A stretch of 64,000 bases of DNA from assembly GCA_021648725.1 (NCBI GenBank), contig JAKISF010000003.1, forward strand, positions 65,116-129,115, written 5' to 3'. Below, in pieces: positions 20,249-30,259 of this stretch (the stretch's first letter is position 1; each line of letters begins with the position of its first letter). The DNA is from Bacteroidales bacterium (GTDB lineage Bacteria; Bacteroidota; Bacteroidia; Bacteroidales; JAADGE01). The notes beneath the pieces were generated by a model that was not told the DNA's origin, did not search any database, and worked only from the letters and a program-made list of their open reading frames with translations. The translations under genes and the position numbers were made by a program.

Positions 20249-20812
20249 ATGGCACGAAGACAATTATCCGAAATAAATGCAGGTTCAATGGCTGACATTG
20301 CCTTTCTGTTGCTCATTTTCTTTTTGGTAACAACCACTATGAGTACAAATACCGGTATGCAAAGAAAGTTACCTCCGATGGAAGATGTTGAAAATCCTCC
20401 GCCTGTTAAAGAAAGAAATGTAATGGTTGTATTGGTTAATCAATATAATGTAATTGCAATTAAAGGGCGACCGATTGCTTTAAGTCAAATTACGGAAAAA
20501 GCAAAAGAATTTTTCTCAGGGCAACGAAGAGATGATTTGCCTGAACTTAAAACAAAAAATATTCCTTTTTTCGGTGATTACCCTGTTTCAAAGGGTCTTG
20601 TTTCTCTTCAAACAGACAGAAACACAAGCTATGAGAAATACCTTCAAGTTCAGAATGAATTAGTTAGAGCAATAAATGAGTTAAGAGACGAAAAGTCTAT
20701 GGAAAAATTCGGAATGCACTTTGAAGATCTTGATGACGAAAAACAAGAAGCTGTCGGCAAGGCAATTCCGCTGGCAATTTCAGAAGCTGAACCGAGAAGA
20801 ATGACAAAATAA
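20249..20812 (+). CDS. exbD: ExbD/TolR biopolymer transport protein
   Basis: The N-terminus INAGSMADIAFLLLIFFLVTT is typical of ExbD. Confidence 0.8.
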   Translation: MARRQLSEINAGSMADIAFLLLIFFLVTTTMSTNTGMQRKLPPMEDVENPPPVKERNVMVVLVNQYNVIAIKGRPIALSQITEKAKEFFSGQRRDDLPELKTKNIPFFGDYPVSKGLVSLQTDRNTSYEKYLQVQNELVRAINELRDEKSMEKFGMHFEDLDDEKQEAVGKAIPLAISEAEPRRMTK

Positions 20813-20839
20813 TAATATTGAAATTATAATATCAGTATA

Positions 20840-21316
20840 ATGGCAAAATTTGCAAAAAAAGGAAATAAAGGAACACCGGCAATATCAACAGCATCGTTAC
20901 CCGATATTGTATTTATGTTGTTATTCTTTTTTATGACAGTAACAACAATGAAAGAAATTGATTTGAAAATAACAATTCAAAAACCGACTGCTACTGAAAT
21001 TAAAAAGTTAGAGAATAAAGCATTGGTTAAGTATATTAATATAGGTCCTCCGAAAGAACAATTTCAATCTAAATTCGGAAATGAAGCGATTATTCAATTA
21101 AATGATCAGTTTGCAAAAGTACGAGATATCGGACCGTGGGTAAATGCCGAAAGAGGAAAAATGGAAGCTTCCAATCGTTCTAAAATGACAACCGCATTAA
21201 AAGTTCATAAAGAAACTAAAATGGGAATTGTTACAGACGTAAAACAAGAACTCAGGAGAGCAAAAGCATTAAAAATAACTTATCTTGCAGATAAAACAAC
21301 AGAAAAATTAAGATAA
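20840..21316 (+). CDS. exbD: ExbD/TolR biopolymer transport protein (second copy)
   Basis: ExbD signature SLPDIVFMLLFFFMVT. Confidence 0.8.
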   Translation: MAKFAKKGNKGTPAISTASLPDIVFMLLFFFMTVTTMKEIDLKITIQKPTATEIKKLENKALVKYINIGPPKEQFQSKFGNEAIIQLNDQFAKVRDIGPWVNAERGKMEASNRSKMTTALKVHKETKMGIVTDVKQELRRAKALKITYLADKTTEKLR

Positions 21317-21345
21317 AAAAGAGCCTATTAAGGCTCTTTTTTTTA
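21315..21345 (+). terminator. rho-independent terminator
   Basis: AAAAAAGAGCCT-ATTA-AGGCTCTTTTTTTT. Confidence 0.7.
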
Positions 21346-21426
21346 TTAAGTAAGTTTAATATTAAGCTATTTATTTTCAGTTATAATAATTTTAGAAAAA
21401 AGTTAGCTTTATAAAGTAAAAAACTC

Positions 21427-21434
21427 TAAATTTG
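21427..21434 (+). promoter_or_regulatory. -7 promoter box TAAATTTG
   Basis: TAnnTTTG match 27 nt upstream of the Crp/Fnr-family gene. Confidence 0.45.
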
Positions 21435-21448
21435 TGTTGCAAAACACA
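21433..21448. promoter_or_regulatory. 16-bp perfect palindrome TGTGTT-GCAA-AACACA (candidate Crp/Fnr-type operator)
   Basis: The palindrome overlaps the last 2 nt of the -7 box and the expected transcription start. Confidence 0.4.
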
Positions 21449-21461
21449 TATATAAAAAATC

Positions 21462-22160
21462 ATGTTAAAAAACGTTGATTGCCAGAATTGTTCCAAAGAT
21501 AAAGATTCTATTTTCAATTTATTGAATAAAGAAGAGCGAGAATTGTTTGAAAAGCATAAACAATGTACCGGGTATAAAAAAGGAGAAATAATTTATAAAG
21601 AGGGAGATATGCCCGGAGGTTTAATTTGCCTGTGTGCCGGTAAAGTTAAAATTTTCAAAGAAGGTGTCGGAGGCAGAGACCAGATTATACGAATGGAAAG
21701 ACCTGTTCACTTTATAGGATTCAGAGCTCTTTTTGCCGGGCAACATTATATTGCGTCAGCTGTTGCTATTGAAGATTGCTCATTGTGTTATCTTGAAAAG
21801 TCAGTACTTGAAAAATTAATTAAATCAAACGGTAATTTTGCTCTGAAAATAATTAATATTTTAGCTACCGAACTCGGTTTTTCAAATGAAAGAACAGTTT
21901 CTTTAACCCAAAAACATATAAGAGGCAGATTGGCAGAATCATTACTGGTTATGATAAATACTTTTGATTTTGAAGAAGACGGCAAAACAATAAAAGTATA
22001 TCTTTCAAGAGAAGATTTAGCAAATTTATCGAATATGACAACATCAAACGCAATACGAACTTTATCAACCTTTGCATCTGAAGGCGTAATTTCGATTGAC
22101 GGAAGAAGAATATCAGTTGAAAAACTTGATGAATTAAAAAGAATAAGTAACTTAGGCTAA
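21462..22160 (+). CDS. Crp/Fnr-family transcriptional regulator
   Basis: Has a cNMP-binding-like barrel and a C-terminal HTH (REDLANLSNMTTSNAIRTLS). An N-terminal Cys pair (CQNC) is present. Confidence 0.85.
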   Translation: MLKNVDCQNCSKDKDSIFNLLNKEERELFEKHKQCTGYKKGEIIYKEGDMPGGLICLCAGKVKIFKEGVGGRDQIIRMERPVHFIGFRALFAGQHYIASAVAIEDCSLCYLEKSVLEKLIKSNGNFALKIINILATELGFSNERTVSLTQKHIRGRLAESLLVMINTFDFEEDGKTIKVYLSREDLANLSNMTTSNAIRTLSTFASEGVISIDGRRISVEKLDELKRISNLG

Positions 22161-22194
22161 TTTTAATATAATTAATAATTTTCTCACACCTTAT

Positions 22195-22224
22195 AAAACT
22201 CAGTTTAATAACTGAGTTTTTTTA
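22195..22224 (+). terminator. rho-independent terminator
   Basis: AAAACTCAGT-TTAATA-ACTGAGTTTTTTT. Confidence 0.65.
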
Positions 22225-22255
22225 TTAATTTTACGATTAACAGGTAATAATCTAA

Positions 22256-23854
22256 ATGTTCAACAAATTATACAGTTTATACAAAACACATTTTTATGTT
22301 TTCTATATTGCAACACTTGTTGTAATAGTTGCCGTAATGCCCCATTCGAGAGGGTTGTTAAGTTCTTCGCAAATAGGTTTGGCTGTATTATGGCTTTTAG
22401 AAGGTAATTTTAAACGTAAATTTGATAATTTAAAGGCTAATAAATCAATACTTATTTTCAGTTCAATATTTTTTATACATATAATCGGAATTATTTATTC
22501 CGAAAACATCGGCTATGCATTAAAAGATTTGAAGATTAAATTACCTCTGCTGCTTTTCCCTGTTGTAATAGGAACATCTGTAAAACTCGGATTTAAAGAA
22601 ATAAAATTAATTGTTACGGTTTTTACAATTTCGTTATTACTAAAAACGATGTACGGCTTAGCTGTTCTTGTCGGCATTACCGGAAAGGAAATAAGTGATG
22701 TTCAGGAAATTGCAGGTAAGTTTTCGCATATACGTTACGCATTATTGCTGAATATTGCTGTTTTTTCAAACTTTTACCTTTTCTTTTTTTCTCCCGAAGA
22801 TGAAAAGCTAAGAATAAAGGTTTTTCAAATTTCAAGCATTATATGGTTAAGTATTTTCTTGTTTATTTTGCATTCGGTAACAGGTTGGGTTATATTTTTT
22901 GTATTATTAATATTCACAAGTCTATTTATTGCATTTAATTCATCCGACAAAAAGTTGCAAATAATAAGTATTTTATCTGTTTTAATAATTGCGGGCGGCT
23001 CGTTTACATATTTAGCTTATTCTGCAATAAAATTCTATAAGTCTGACTTTGTTGAAGTTGGAAAAATTAAAAATTACACAAAAAGCGGAAATCCGTATGT
23101 AAATAATTTTAAAAGTAATGAGCGAGAAAACGGTCATTTTGTAAATCTTTATTTATGTGAGAAAGAAATAAAAGAGGAATGGAACAAAATAAGTGATTTT
23201 AAATATGACGGAAGAGATAAAAAAGACCAACCCATAAAATTTACGCTTATAAGATACCTGACATCTAAAAATTACAGAAAAGATAAAGAAGGAGTGCAAG
23301 AACTTACCGAGAAGGATATTGAAAATATTGAAACTGGAATTGCAAATTATATTTATGAAAGAAAATATGCTCTATATCCAAAAATATATGAGATTTTATG
23401 GCAAACTGAACAATATATGCATGGTGGAAGTCCTGAAAATCACTCTGTTACTCAAAGAATAGAGTTTATAAAAATCGGAAAAGAAATAATAAAGGGAAAT
23501 CTTTTTTTCGGAGTAGGAACAGGCGATGTAAAAGATGAGTTTTTGAAACAATATGAAAAATCAGCTTCACAATTATCTAAAAAAAACAGACTCAGGGCAC
23601 ACAATCAATACATTACGTTTTTTATTACCTTTGGAATTGTAGGTTTTATATGGATTATTTTTGCATATATATACGCACCGTTAAAAGAACGCAAATTTAA
23701 AGATTACCTTTTTCTTATCGTGTTTATTACCATGTCGCTTTCAATGTTAAATGAAGATACGCTTGAAACACAAATGGGAGCAACAATATTTGCTTTTTTC
23801 ATGTGCTTGTATTTGTTCAGCAATCCTTTGGAAATTTTAAGGGATTCAGATTAA
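22256..23854 (+). CDS. O-antigen ligase/polymerase-like (Wzy_C) membrane protein
   Basis: Many TM helices, a large loop, and the motif RAHNQYITFFITFGIVG. Confidence 0.7.
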   Translation: MFNKLYSLYKTHFYVFYIATLVVIVAVMPHSRGLLSSSQIGLAVLWLLEGNFKRKFDNLKANKSILIFSSIFFIHIIGIIYSENIGYALKDLKIKLPLLLFPVVIGTSVKLGFKEIKLIVTVFTISLLLKTMYGLAVLVGITGKEISDVQEIAGKFSHIRYALLLNIAVFSNFYLFFFSPEDEKLRIKVFQISSIIWLSIFLFILHSVTGWVIFFVLLIFTSLFIAFNSSDKKLQIISILSVLIIAGGSFTYLAYSAIKFYKSDFVEVGKIKNYTKSGNPYVNNFKSNERENGHFVNLYLCEKEIKEEWNKISDFKYDGRDKKDQPIKFTLIRYLTSKNYRKDKEGVQELTEKDIENIETGIANYIYERKYALYPKIYEILWQTEQYMHGGSPENHSVTQRIEFIKIGKEIIKGNLFFGVGTGDVKDEFLKQYEKSASQLSKKNRLRAHNQYITFFITFGIVGFIWIIFAYIYAPLKERKFKDYLFLIVFITMSLSMLNEDTLETQMGATIFAFFMCLYLFSNPLEILRDSD

Positions 23855-24612
23855 TCTTTTTCTTGTTTTTTTAGCTGAATTGCTTTTGAATATTTAAGAA
23901 AGGTTTCAAAAGAAATAATAACGGAAATTAAAAATGTTGTGTAACCTCCTAAAAATCCAAGTTTTAAAAAATAGTTTTTAAAGAACCTGAAAGTAGGGTT
24001 TACAATTGCTTTGAAAAGCAGATGTTTTTTATTTTTCTTTACTAATTGTTCTGCTCCTATGGTGCTGAATTTATTCACTTGTAATAAATGTTCTTCAATT
24101 GTATTAAAAGAATAATGCAACAAGTTTCCTTTCAAATGTTTTTTCTCGACACCTTCTTTCAAAATAACCGTATCATGAGGATTTATACCGCCCCAAGCAC
24201 CTTTTCTCTTATTCCACAATCTAATTTTCCTGTCAGGATACCAAGCACCGTGTTTTATTTCTTTTCCGCAATAAATATTTAATCTGTTAAAATAATATGC
24301 GTCATATTCAGGTTTTTCTTTTATTTTCTTAATTGAAGTGATTAATTTGGAAGATAAAATTTCATCAGCATCAAGCGAAAGTACAAAATCATTTTCGGCA
24401 AAAGTTATTGCTCTGTTTTTTTGTTCAATATGTCCGTCAAATTTATGTTTGAAAAATTTTACATTGTAAGATTTGCAAATATCTTCGGTTTTATCCGCAG
24501 AAAATGAATCTAAAACAATTATTTCATCTGCAACATCTTGCAATGACAGCAAACATCTTTCGATATTCTTTTCTTCATTAAAAGTTATTATAACAGCCGA
24601 TAATTTTATCAT
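23851..24612 (-). CDS. family 2 glycosyltransferase
   Basis: LSAVIITFNEEKNI and the acidic motif SLDADE. Confidence 0.85.
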   Translation of the reverse strand: MIKLSAVIITFNEEKNIERCLLSLQDVADEIIVLDSFSADKTEDICKSYNVKFFKHKFDGHIEQKNRAITFAENDFVLSLDADEILSSKLITSIKKIKEKPEYDAYYFNRLNIYCGKEIKHGAWYPDRKIRLWNKRKGAWGGINPHDTVILKEGVEKKHLKGNLLHYSFNTIEEHLLQVNKFSTIGAEQLVKKNKKHLLFKAIVNPTFRFFKNYFLKLGFLGGYTTFLISVIISFETFLKYSKAIQLKKQEKD

Positions 24613-24614
24613 TT

Positions 24615-25736
24615 TTAAATATTAATGTTTCCTGCCGGTTCGTATATCTTCCCGGGTAAACTTCTTACCGCTCCTTTAAATTCCATTTCTAAAAGTAAAG
24701 AAGAAACTTTGCTCATATTCATATTTAAAGTTTTGCAAATTTCGTCAATTACTATTTTTTTATGTTGAGATAAAACTTTAAAAAGTTCTTTTTCATCTTC
24801 CGAAAGTTCAATAAACAAACTTTTTTGATTGATTTTATTATTACTTTGCTCCCAATTTAAAATATATTCAATGTCGGCGGCAGTTTGCAACAAAAAGGCT
24901 TTATGAGTTTTAATTAACCAATTTGTGCCCTCTGAATACTTATCTTCGAGCCTGCCGGGAACGGCAAAAACTTCTCTGTTATATGAATTTGCAATATCAG
25001 CAGTAACTAAAGAACCTCCTTTTTTTGCAGATTCCACAACAACAGTTGCTTGTGATAAACCGGCAATTATTCGGTTTCTTCTTAAGAAATTTTGTCTTTC
25101 AAATTTTGAACCGCTTATAAACTCTGTTATTAATGCTCCTTTTTCTTTAATTTCTGTTGCTGTTTTTTTATGGTTAGCAGGATAAATTTTATCAAAACCG
25201 TGAGCAAAAACTGAAACAGTATCTAAACCGTATTTTAATGCTGCTTTATGAGCACATATATCAATTCCGTATGCTAATCCACTTATAATTATTGGATTAT
25301 GGCTTGTCTCCGATAAAGATTTAATTAAGTTCTCACAAATTTCTTTTCCTTGTATTGTTGCATCTCTTGTTCCTACAATGCTTATAATTTTTCTGTTATT
25401 AAAATCAATATTTCCTTTAACAAAAATCATCAAAGGAGCATCCGGACATTGCTTTAACAGAAACGGATAATCTTTATCTAAATAAAATACCGGCTTAATT
25501 TTATTCTTTTCAATAAATCTAATCTCTTTTTCAGCTTGTTTTAAAAAACTTTTCCCTTCAATAACTTTAGATGCCGTGAACGAACCGATGCCGGGAGCTT
25601 TCATTAATTGGCTTTTTGTTGCTTCAAAAACTTCTTTTACTCCACCGGTATATGAAATTACGCTTTTAGCTGTAACAGGTCCTAAGCCCGGAATTAAGCC
25701 GAGTGCAATTTTATATTTTAACAGTTCATTGTTCAT
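24615..25736 (-). CDS. dprA: DNA-processing protein DprA
   Basis: Rossmann-like core with IVGTRDAT, SGLAYGIDICAHKAAL and GGSLVTA motifs. Confidence 0.9.
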   Translation of the reverse strand: MNNELLKYKIALGLIPGLGPVTAKSVISYTGGVKEVFEATKSQLMKAPGIGSFTASKVIEGKSFLKQAEKEIRFIEKNKIKPVFYLDKDYPFLLKQCPDAPLMIFVKGNIDFNNRKIISIVGTRDATIQGKEICENLIKSLSETSHNPIIISGLAYGIDICAHKAALKYGLDTVSVFAHGFDKIYPANHKKTATEIKEKGALITEFISGSKFERQNFLRRNRIIAGLSQATVVVESAKKGGSLVTADIANSYNREVFAVPGRLEDKYSEGTNWLIKTHKAFLLQTAADIEYILNWEQSNNKINQKSLFIELSEDEKELFKVLSQHKKIVIDEICKTLNMNMSKVSSLLLEMEFKGAVRSLPGKIYEPAGNINI

Positions 25737-25753
25737 TAATTTTTCGCTGCAGG

Positions 25754-26005
25754 CTAAACAATAACTTTTTTAACCTCATAATTGTCAATAATAAATGCTG
25801 AAATTACGTTATTATCTTCTTTTACCGTTTTTATTATTTTTGAATTTCCGTCAAAGTTCAGCAAATTAATTGTTGCCTCATTTGTTTTTGCAGTTGCATT
25901 GGATTCGACACTAAACTTTTCTGCTGTTTCTTTTCCGAATTTTTCTTCAAGATATAATTGCCATTTTTTCTCGGCATACTTTAATTTAAATGTTAAGAGC
26001 TTCAT
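25754..26005 (-). CDS. small hypothetical protein
   Basis: 83-aa ORF tightly packed between dprA and the radical SAM gene. No motif recognised. Confidence 0.35.
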   Translation of the reverse strand: MKLLTFKLKYAEKKWQLYLEEKFGKETAEKFSVESNATAKTNEATINLLNFDGNSKIIKTVKEDNNVISAFIIDNYEVKKVIV

Positions 26006-26020
26006 ATGTATTATAATATT

Positions 26021-27121
26021 TTAGTTTTTAATGTATTCGTATGCTTGATTTCGGTATGCCGGTATAAACCCGGCTTCTGTTATGGCTTCCTGAATTTGTT
26101 TTGCGTTAAAACTGTGGTCGGCACCTGCAACCGAAACAACGTTTTCTTCTATCATAATAGATCCGAAATCGTTTGCTCCGGCGAGCAAAGTAAGTTGTCC
26201 TGTTGTTTTGCCTACAGTAAGCCACGATGCCTGCATATTTTTTATGTTGGGCATCATAATTCTTGCTAGGGCAAAAGTTCTGATATATTCATCGGCTGTA
26301 ACGGTATTTTCTATACCCGATTTTTTATTTAATTCCGTTCCTTCGTCTTGGAACGGCCAAGGTATAAAAGTTGTGAAACCTTCCGACTTATCAGGCTTTT
26401 CGGCTTGCACTTCTCTTAATTTAACAAAGTGTTCAATGCGTTCGCGATGTGTTTCTATGTGTCCGAACATCATTGTTGCCGAAGTTACTATATTGAGTTT
26501 ATGGGCTTCACGCATAACATCAAGCCATTGTTCTGCCGAACATTTTCCTCTCGAAACGGTTTTGCGAATTCTGTCAACGAGAATTTCGGCACCGGCACCG
26601 GGCAGACTGTCTAATCCTGCTTCTGTAAGTTGTATGAGAACATCTTTGTATGTTGTTTTTGAAATTCGTGCAATATGGTAAATTTCAGCAGGTCCCAAAG
26701 CATGAAGTTTTATGTCGGAGTGCATTTTTTTTATATCGGAAAAGAGTTTTTTATACCATTCCAAATCGAGTTTCGGGTGTAAACCACCTTGCATAAGCAG
26801 TTGATTTCCGCCGAGTTTTTTCAAAACTTTTATTTTTTCGTTGTATTCTTCGAGGGTGGTAATGTAAACATCAGATGCTCCGGGTTTTCTGTAAAAGTTA
26901 CAAAATTCGCATTGGGCTATGCAAACATTCGTAATGTTTACGTTTCTGTCGATAATCCAACCGACTTTATTTTCTTTTTCTTTAGGTTGATTTTGTTTTC
27001 TTATTTCATTTCCGATAAACATTAAATCGGAAGTAGGTGCATTTTCGTATAAAAATAATCCTTCTTCTGTTGTCAAAAATTCTTGATTTAATGCTTTTTT
27101 ATATAATGTATTTAAGTTCAT
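26021..27121 (-). CDS. radical SAM enzyme of the futalosine menaquinone pathway (MqnC/MqnE, CofH-like)
   Basis: The CxxxCxxC motif sits in NITNVCIAQCEFCNFY, and GGLHP is present. The size and layout fit MqnC/MqnE, but I cannot tell which from the sequence alone. Confidence 0.7.
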   Translation of the reverse strand: MNLNTLYKKALNQEFLTTEEGLFLYENAPTSDLMFIGNEIRKQNQPKEKENKVGWIIDRNVNITNVCIAQCEFCNFYRKPGASDVYITTLEEYNEKIKVLKKLGGNQLLMQGGLHPKLDLEWYKKLFSDIKKMHSDIKLHALGPAEIYHIARISKTTYKDVLIQLTEAGLDSLPGAGAEILVDRIRKTVSRGKCSAEQWLDVMREAHKLNIVTSATMMFGHIETHRERIEHFVKLREVQAEKPDKSEGFTTFIPWPFQDEGTELNKKSGIENTVTADEYIRTFALARIMMPNIKNMQASWLTVGKTTGQLTLLAGANDFGSIMIEENVVSVAGADHSFNAKQIQEAITEAGFIPAYRNQAYEYIKN

Positions 27122-27174
27122 TTTATTTTTTTGAGAGGGGCAAAGTTAATATTTGTATGAAAGAGGCAAACAAT

Positions 27175-28161
27175 TTATTTTCCCAAAGCATCTTCAATCA
27201 ACAAGGTCATAACTTCTTTAATTGTCATTCCGGCTTTTTGTATCATTTGCGGAACAAGACTTTCATCAGTCATTCCGGGAACTGTATTTGCTTCGAGAAA
27301 CCAAAATTCGTCATTTTTCAGGATAAAATCCATTCTTACAATTCCTTTGCAGTTAAGCAAATCGTATAATTCGGAGGTTATTTTTTGACATTTTTCCGTT
27401 AACTCCGGCGATATTCTTGCCGGAATTATTTCCTGCGAAAGACCTTCGTATTTTGCTTTATAATCAAAAAATTCGGCTTCGGGAACTATCTCAATCAAAG
27501 GCAGTTTGTATTCTTTTTCTTTTATTTTGAAAATGCCGCACTGTATTTCGTCGCCTTTAATAAATTCCTCTATTATAACTTCATCGCTTTCTTTAAAGGC
27601 ATTTTCAATTGCCTGTTGCAAGTCTTCTTTTTTCTTAACTTTTGTAATACCGTAGCTCGATCCTCCGGCATTGGGCTTTACAAAACAAGGCAAGCCGACT
27701 TGCGAAATTATTCCTTTACTGTTAAAGGTTTTATTTTTACGAATGAGAACCGACTTTGCAATGTTTACTATACCCGAATTTTCCAAAAAAGTATTGCAAT
27801 AATACTTGTTAAAAGTTAGTGAAGATGCCAAAACACCGCTCCCGGCATAAGGAATGTCGAGCATATCAAAATATGCTTGTAATAAACCGTCTTCGCCCGG
27901 TGTACCGTGAATGGCGGAAATAACGAGGTCAAATTTTTCTTTCTGTCCTTTGTCGGAAAATGAAAAATCATTTTTATGAATTATAAGTCCGCAATTAAGG
28001 TCATTTATTAAAGTCCATTCGCTGCCTTTTATTTGAACTGTGAAAACATTGTATTTTTCTTTATCAATTTCGTTTGCAACATTTTCTGCCGATTTTAAAG
28101 ATATAAAAAATTCGGAAGAATTTCCGCCCGCCAATACTGCTATATTTTTTTTGTTTGCCAT
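27175..28161 (-). CDS. ddl: D-alanine--D-alanine ligase
   Basis: N-terminus IAVLAGGNSSEFFISL, plus HGTPGEDG and an ATP-grasp C-terminus (LEANTVPGMT). Confidence 0.9.
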   Translation of the reverse strand: MANKKNIAVLAGGNSSEFFISLKSAENVANEIDKEKYNVFTVQIKGSEWTLINDLNCGLIIHKNDFSFSDKGQKEKFDLVISAIHGTPGEDGLLQAYFDMLDIPYAGSGVLASSLTFNKYYCNTFLENSGIVNIAKSVLIRKNKTFNSKGIISQVGLPCFVKPNAGGSSYGITKVKKKEDLQQAIENAFKESDEVIIEEFIKGDEIQCGIFKIKEKEYKLPLIEIVPEAEFFDYKAKYEGLSQEIIPARISPELTEKCQKITSELYDLLNCKGIVRMDFILKNDEFWFLEANTVPGMTDESLVPQMIQKAGMTIKEVMTLLIEDALGK

Positions 28162-28260
28162 TCAGTATTTTTTGCTTTTCTAATTTAAACGGTAAAAATA
28201 TTTATAATTTTTGAAACGGGGTGTATATTTTTAGTTGAAAGTTTTAAGTTTAAGGTTTCT

Positions 28261-28854
28261 TTATTTACAATAATTTATCAATATTTCATTTAAACTTCTT
28301 TTCGGAACATGATGAATGTTATTTTCATCTCGCCAATAGTCGTAATTTCCGTTTTTTGGCATTTTTTCAATAACAACAGTTTCTTTCGGGACACCGAGAG
28401 CCAAAACAAGCAGTATTTCAAGGTGTTCGGGAATGTTAAGTTTTGCTCTTAATTTTTGCCGTTGAATTGCTGCTATTGTGCAACCGCCGTATCCTTTTTC
28501 AGCGGCACCGAGAAGTATTGATTGAGCAACAAATCCGCTTGCAACATTATGGTAAGCGTTTTTTACTTTCGGAAGTATCGAGTTATCACCCAAAATTATA
28601 ACGTATGCCGAAGGTTCTTCGCCTTCTTCGGGTTTATTCCAACCGGCTAAAGCACCTGCCCAACTCAATGTCGGAAATATTTTATCGTTAACCTCATCTG
28701 TGTTTGAAATTATAAATTTCAACGACTGACGATTTCGGGGCGAAGGTGTCAGTCTTGCCAAATCAATCAATTCTTTCAGTTCGTTTTCAGAAATCTTTTT
28801 ATCTTGTTCAAAACGACGATAAGTTCTGTTTTGTTTTATTAAATCGTATAGCAT
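28261..28854 (-). CDS. nitroreductase-family protein
   Basis: RTYRRF...LTPSPRNRQ pattern. The start was trimmed to MLYDLIK so that it abuts the upstream stop codon. Confidence 0.8.
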   Translation of the reverse strand: MLYDLIKQNRTYRRFEQDKKISENELKELIDLARLTPSPRNRQSLKFIISNTDEVNDKIFPTLSWAGALAGWNKPEEGEEPSAYVIILGDNSILPKVKNAYHNVASGFVAQSILLGAAEKGYGGCTIAAIQRQKLRAKLNIPEHLEILLVLALGVPKETVVIEKMPKNGNYDYWRDENNIHHVPKRSLNEILINYCK

Positions 28855-28855
28855 T

Positions 28856-30172
28856 TTAAAAGGAATTAATAAAGTCAATTAATAATAATGTTAAGTCCTC
28901 AAATTCATTTAAAGGTAAATTTTCCGGATTATCATTTATGTTGTGATATTCTTTATATTCCCCTAAGGTATAAATAAAAAAAGATTTTACTCCGTTTGCG
29001 TAAAAGAAATAATGGTCGCTGTTTGCTGCTGCACCTCTTATTTTTACGGCAGGGAGGTAGTCGTTTTTATTATTTATTTCGGTTAGTTTGTCAAATTCTT
29101 TTTTAAAAACTGAACCGTTCACAACTTTGATACCTTTATCTCCGCTGCCGACCATATCAAGGTTTATCAAAAACTTAATTTTGTTTAAAGGAAACAAAGG
29201 ATTTTCTGTATAAAATTTTGAGCCTAGCAAACCAAGTTCTTCTCCGGCAAAAAACATAAAAACAATATTATATTTCGGTTTTTTTTGCTTTGAGAAATAT
29301 TTTGCAAGATTAAGCAACATTGCAATTCCGCTGCCGTTATCATTAGCTCCCGGGAAATATGTGTTATAACCCATGTGCCCTAAGTGGTCATAATGGGCAG
29401 ATAAAACAATGCTTGTATCTGTTTTGCCTTTTATATATCCTATTATATTTTGTGTTTCATAATTTTCAAGGAATCGACTTTCAATATCTAAGTTTGCTGA
29501 TTTTATATTTTTAAGCAGGGCATTTCTTTTAACTGTAATTAGAGCGAAGTTTTTTTGTTCTTGAGAAGGGACATAAGTAAGATTATTGTCTTCAATTTTT
29601 ATTACGGCTTTTGCTTTTAATATATTTTTTTGTGTTATTAAATCGTAAGCTTGTGAAAAGCTTTTTCTTTCAATGCCGGCAGTATCAATTATTATAACTT
29701 TCTCGGATAAATCTTTATAAATTAAATTTCTGAACTTTATACTGTCGTCAATTATTTTTTTGCCGATATATATTGCAGGAAATTTTCCTTTAACAGAACA
29801 TGATTTAGAAGAAATAATATAATCAACTCCCGGTATTAATTTTATATTGTTCAGTACAACTTTGTTATTTCCGTATAGGGTATTTGTGTTTAATGTAAAT
29901 TTTTGTAAATACGTTTTTGAAACGGGCTTTATATGTTTTTTTTTAAGTTCTTTTATAATATATGCCGAAGTTATTTTATCTCCTCCGAAGCCGTATCCTC
30001 TTCCGTGAAATTCCTCAGAGCAAACTTTATTCAAGACTTCTTCTGCATATTCTCTGTTTTGAGAAAATACTTGTTGAAAACTTGATAATAATAATATGTA
30101 AATAATAAAAAACGACTTCAAAATTTCTTTATTTTTGTCAAAGTTAAAAAAATATGATTTAAATCCACACAA
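28856..30172 (-). CDS. M28-family aminopeptidase
   Basis: SAHYDHLG, GANDNGSGIAMLL and FAGEELGLLGS motifs. The start is uncertain. The track uses a TTG at 30172, while an internal TTG at 30121 would give a cleaner signal peptide. Confidence 0.8.
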   Translation of the reverse strand: MCGFKSYFFNFDKNKEILKSFFIIYILLLSSFQQVFSQNREYAEEVLNKVCSEEFHGRGYGFGGDKITSAYIIKELKKKHIKPVSKTYLQKFTLNTNTLYGNNKVVLNNIKLIPGVDYIISSKSCSVKGKFPAIYIGKKIIDDSIKFRNLIYKDLSEKVIIIDTAGIERKSFSQAYDLITQKNILKAKAVIKIEDNNLTYVPSQEQKNFALITVKRNALLKNIKSANLDIESRFLENYETQNIIGYIKGKTDTSIVLSAHYDHLGHMGYNTYFPGANDNGSGIAMLLNLAKYFSKQKKPKYNIVFMFFAGEELGLLGSKFYTENPLFPLNKIKFLINLDMVGSGDKGIKVVNGSVFKKEFDKLTEINNKNDYLPAVKIRGAAANSDHYFFYANGVKSFFIYTLGEYKEYHNINDNPENLPLNEFEDLTLLLIDFINSF

Positions 30173-30259
30173 AGTTTTATATCATAGAGGTCGGGCTTTT
30201 AATAGAGTTACAAGATGTAATATTTTTTATTTCTTGTTAAAAAATTAAATCAATAAAAT

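Noticed and set aside
18903-21316. ExbB, small membrane protein, ExbD, ExbD cluster without a tonB gene, placed directly after a tRNA.
   Set aside because: This gene order is common in Bacteroidota, and tonB is often encoded further downstream or elsewhere. There are no integrase genes or repeats at the tRNA to suggest an island.
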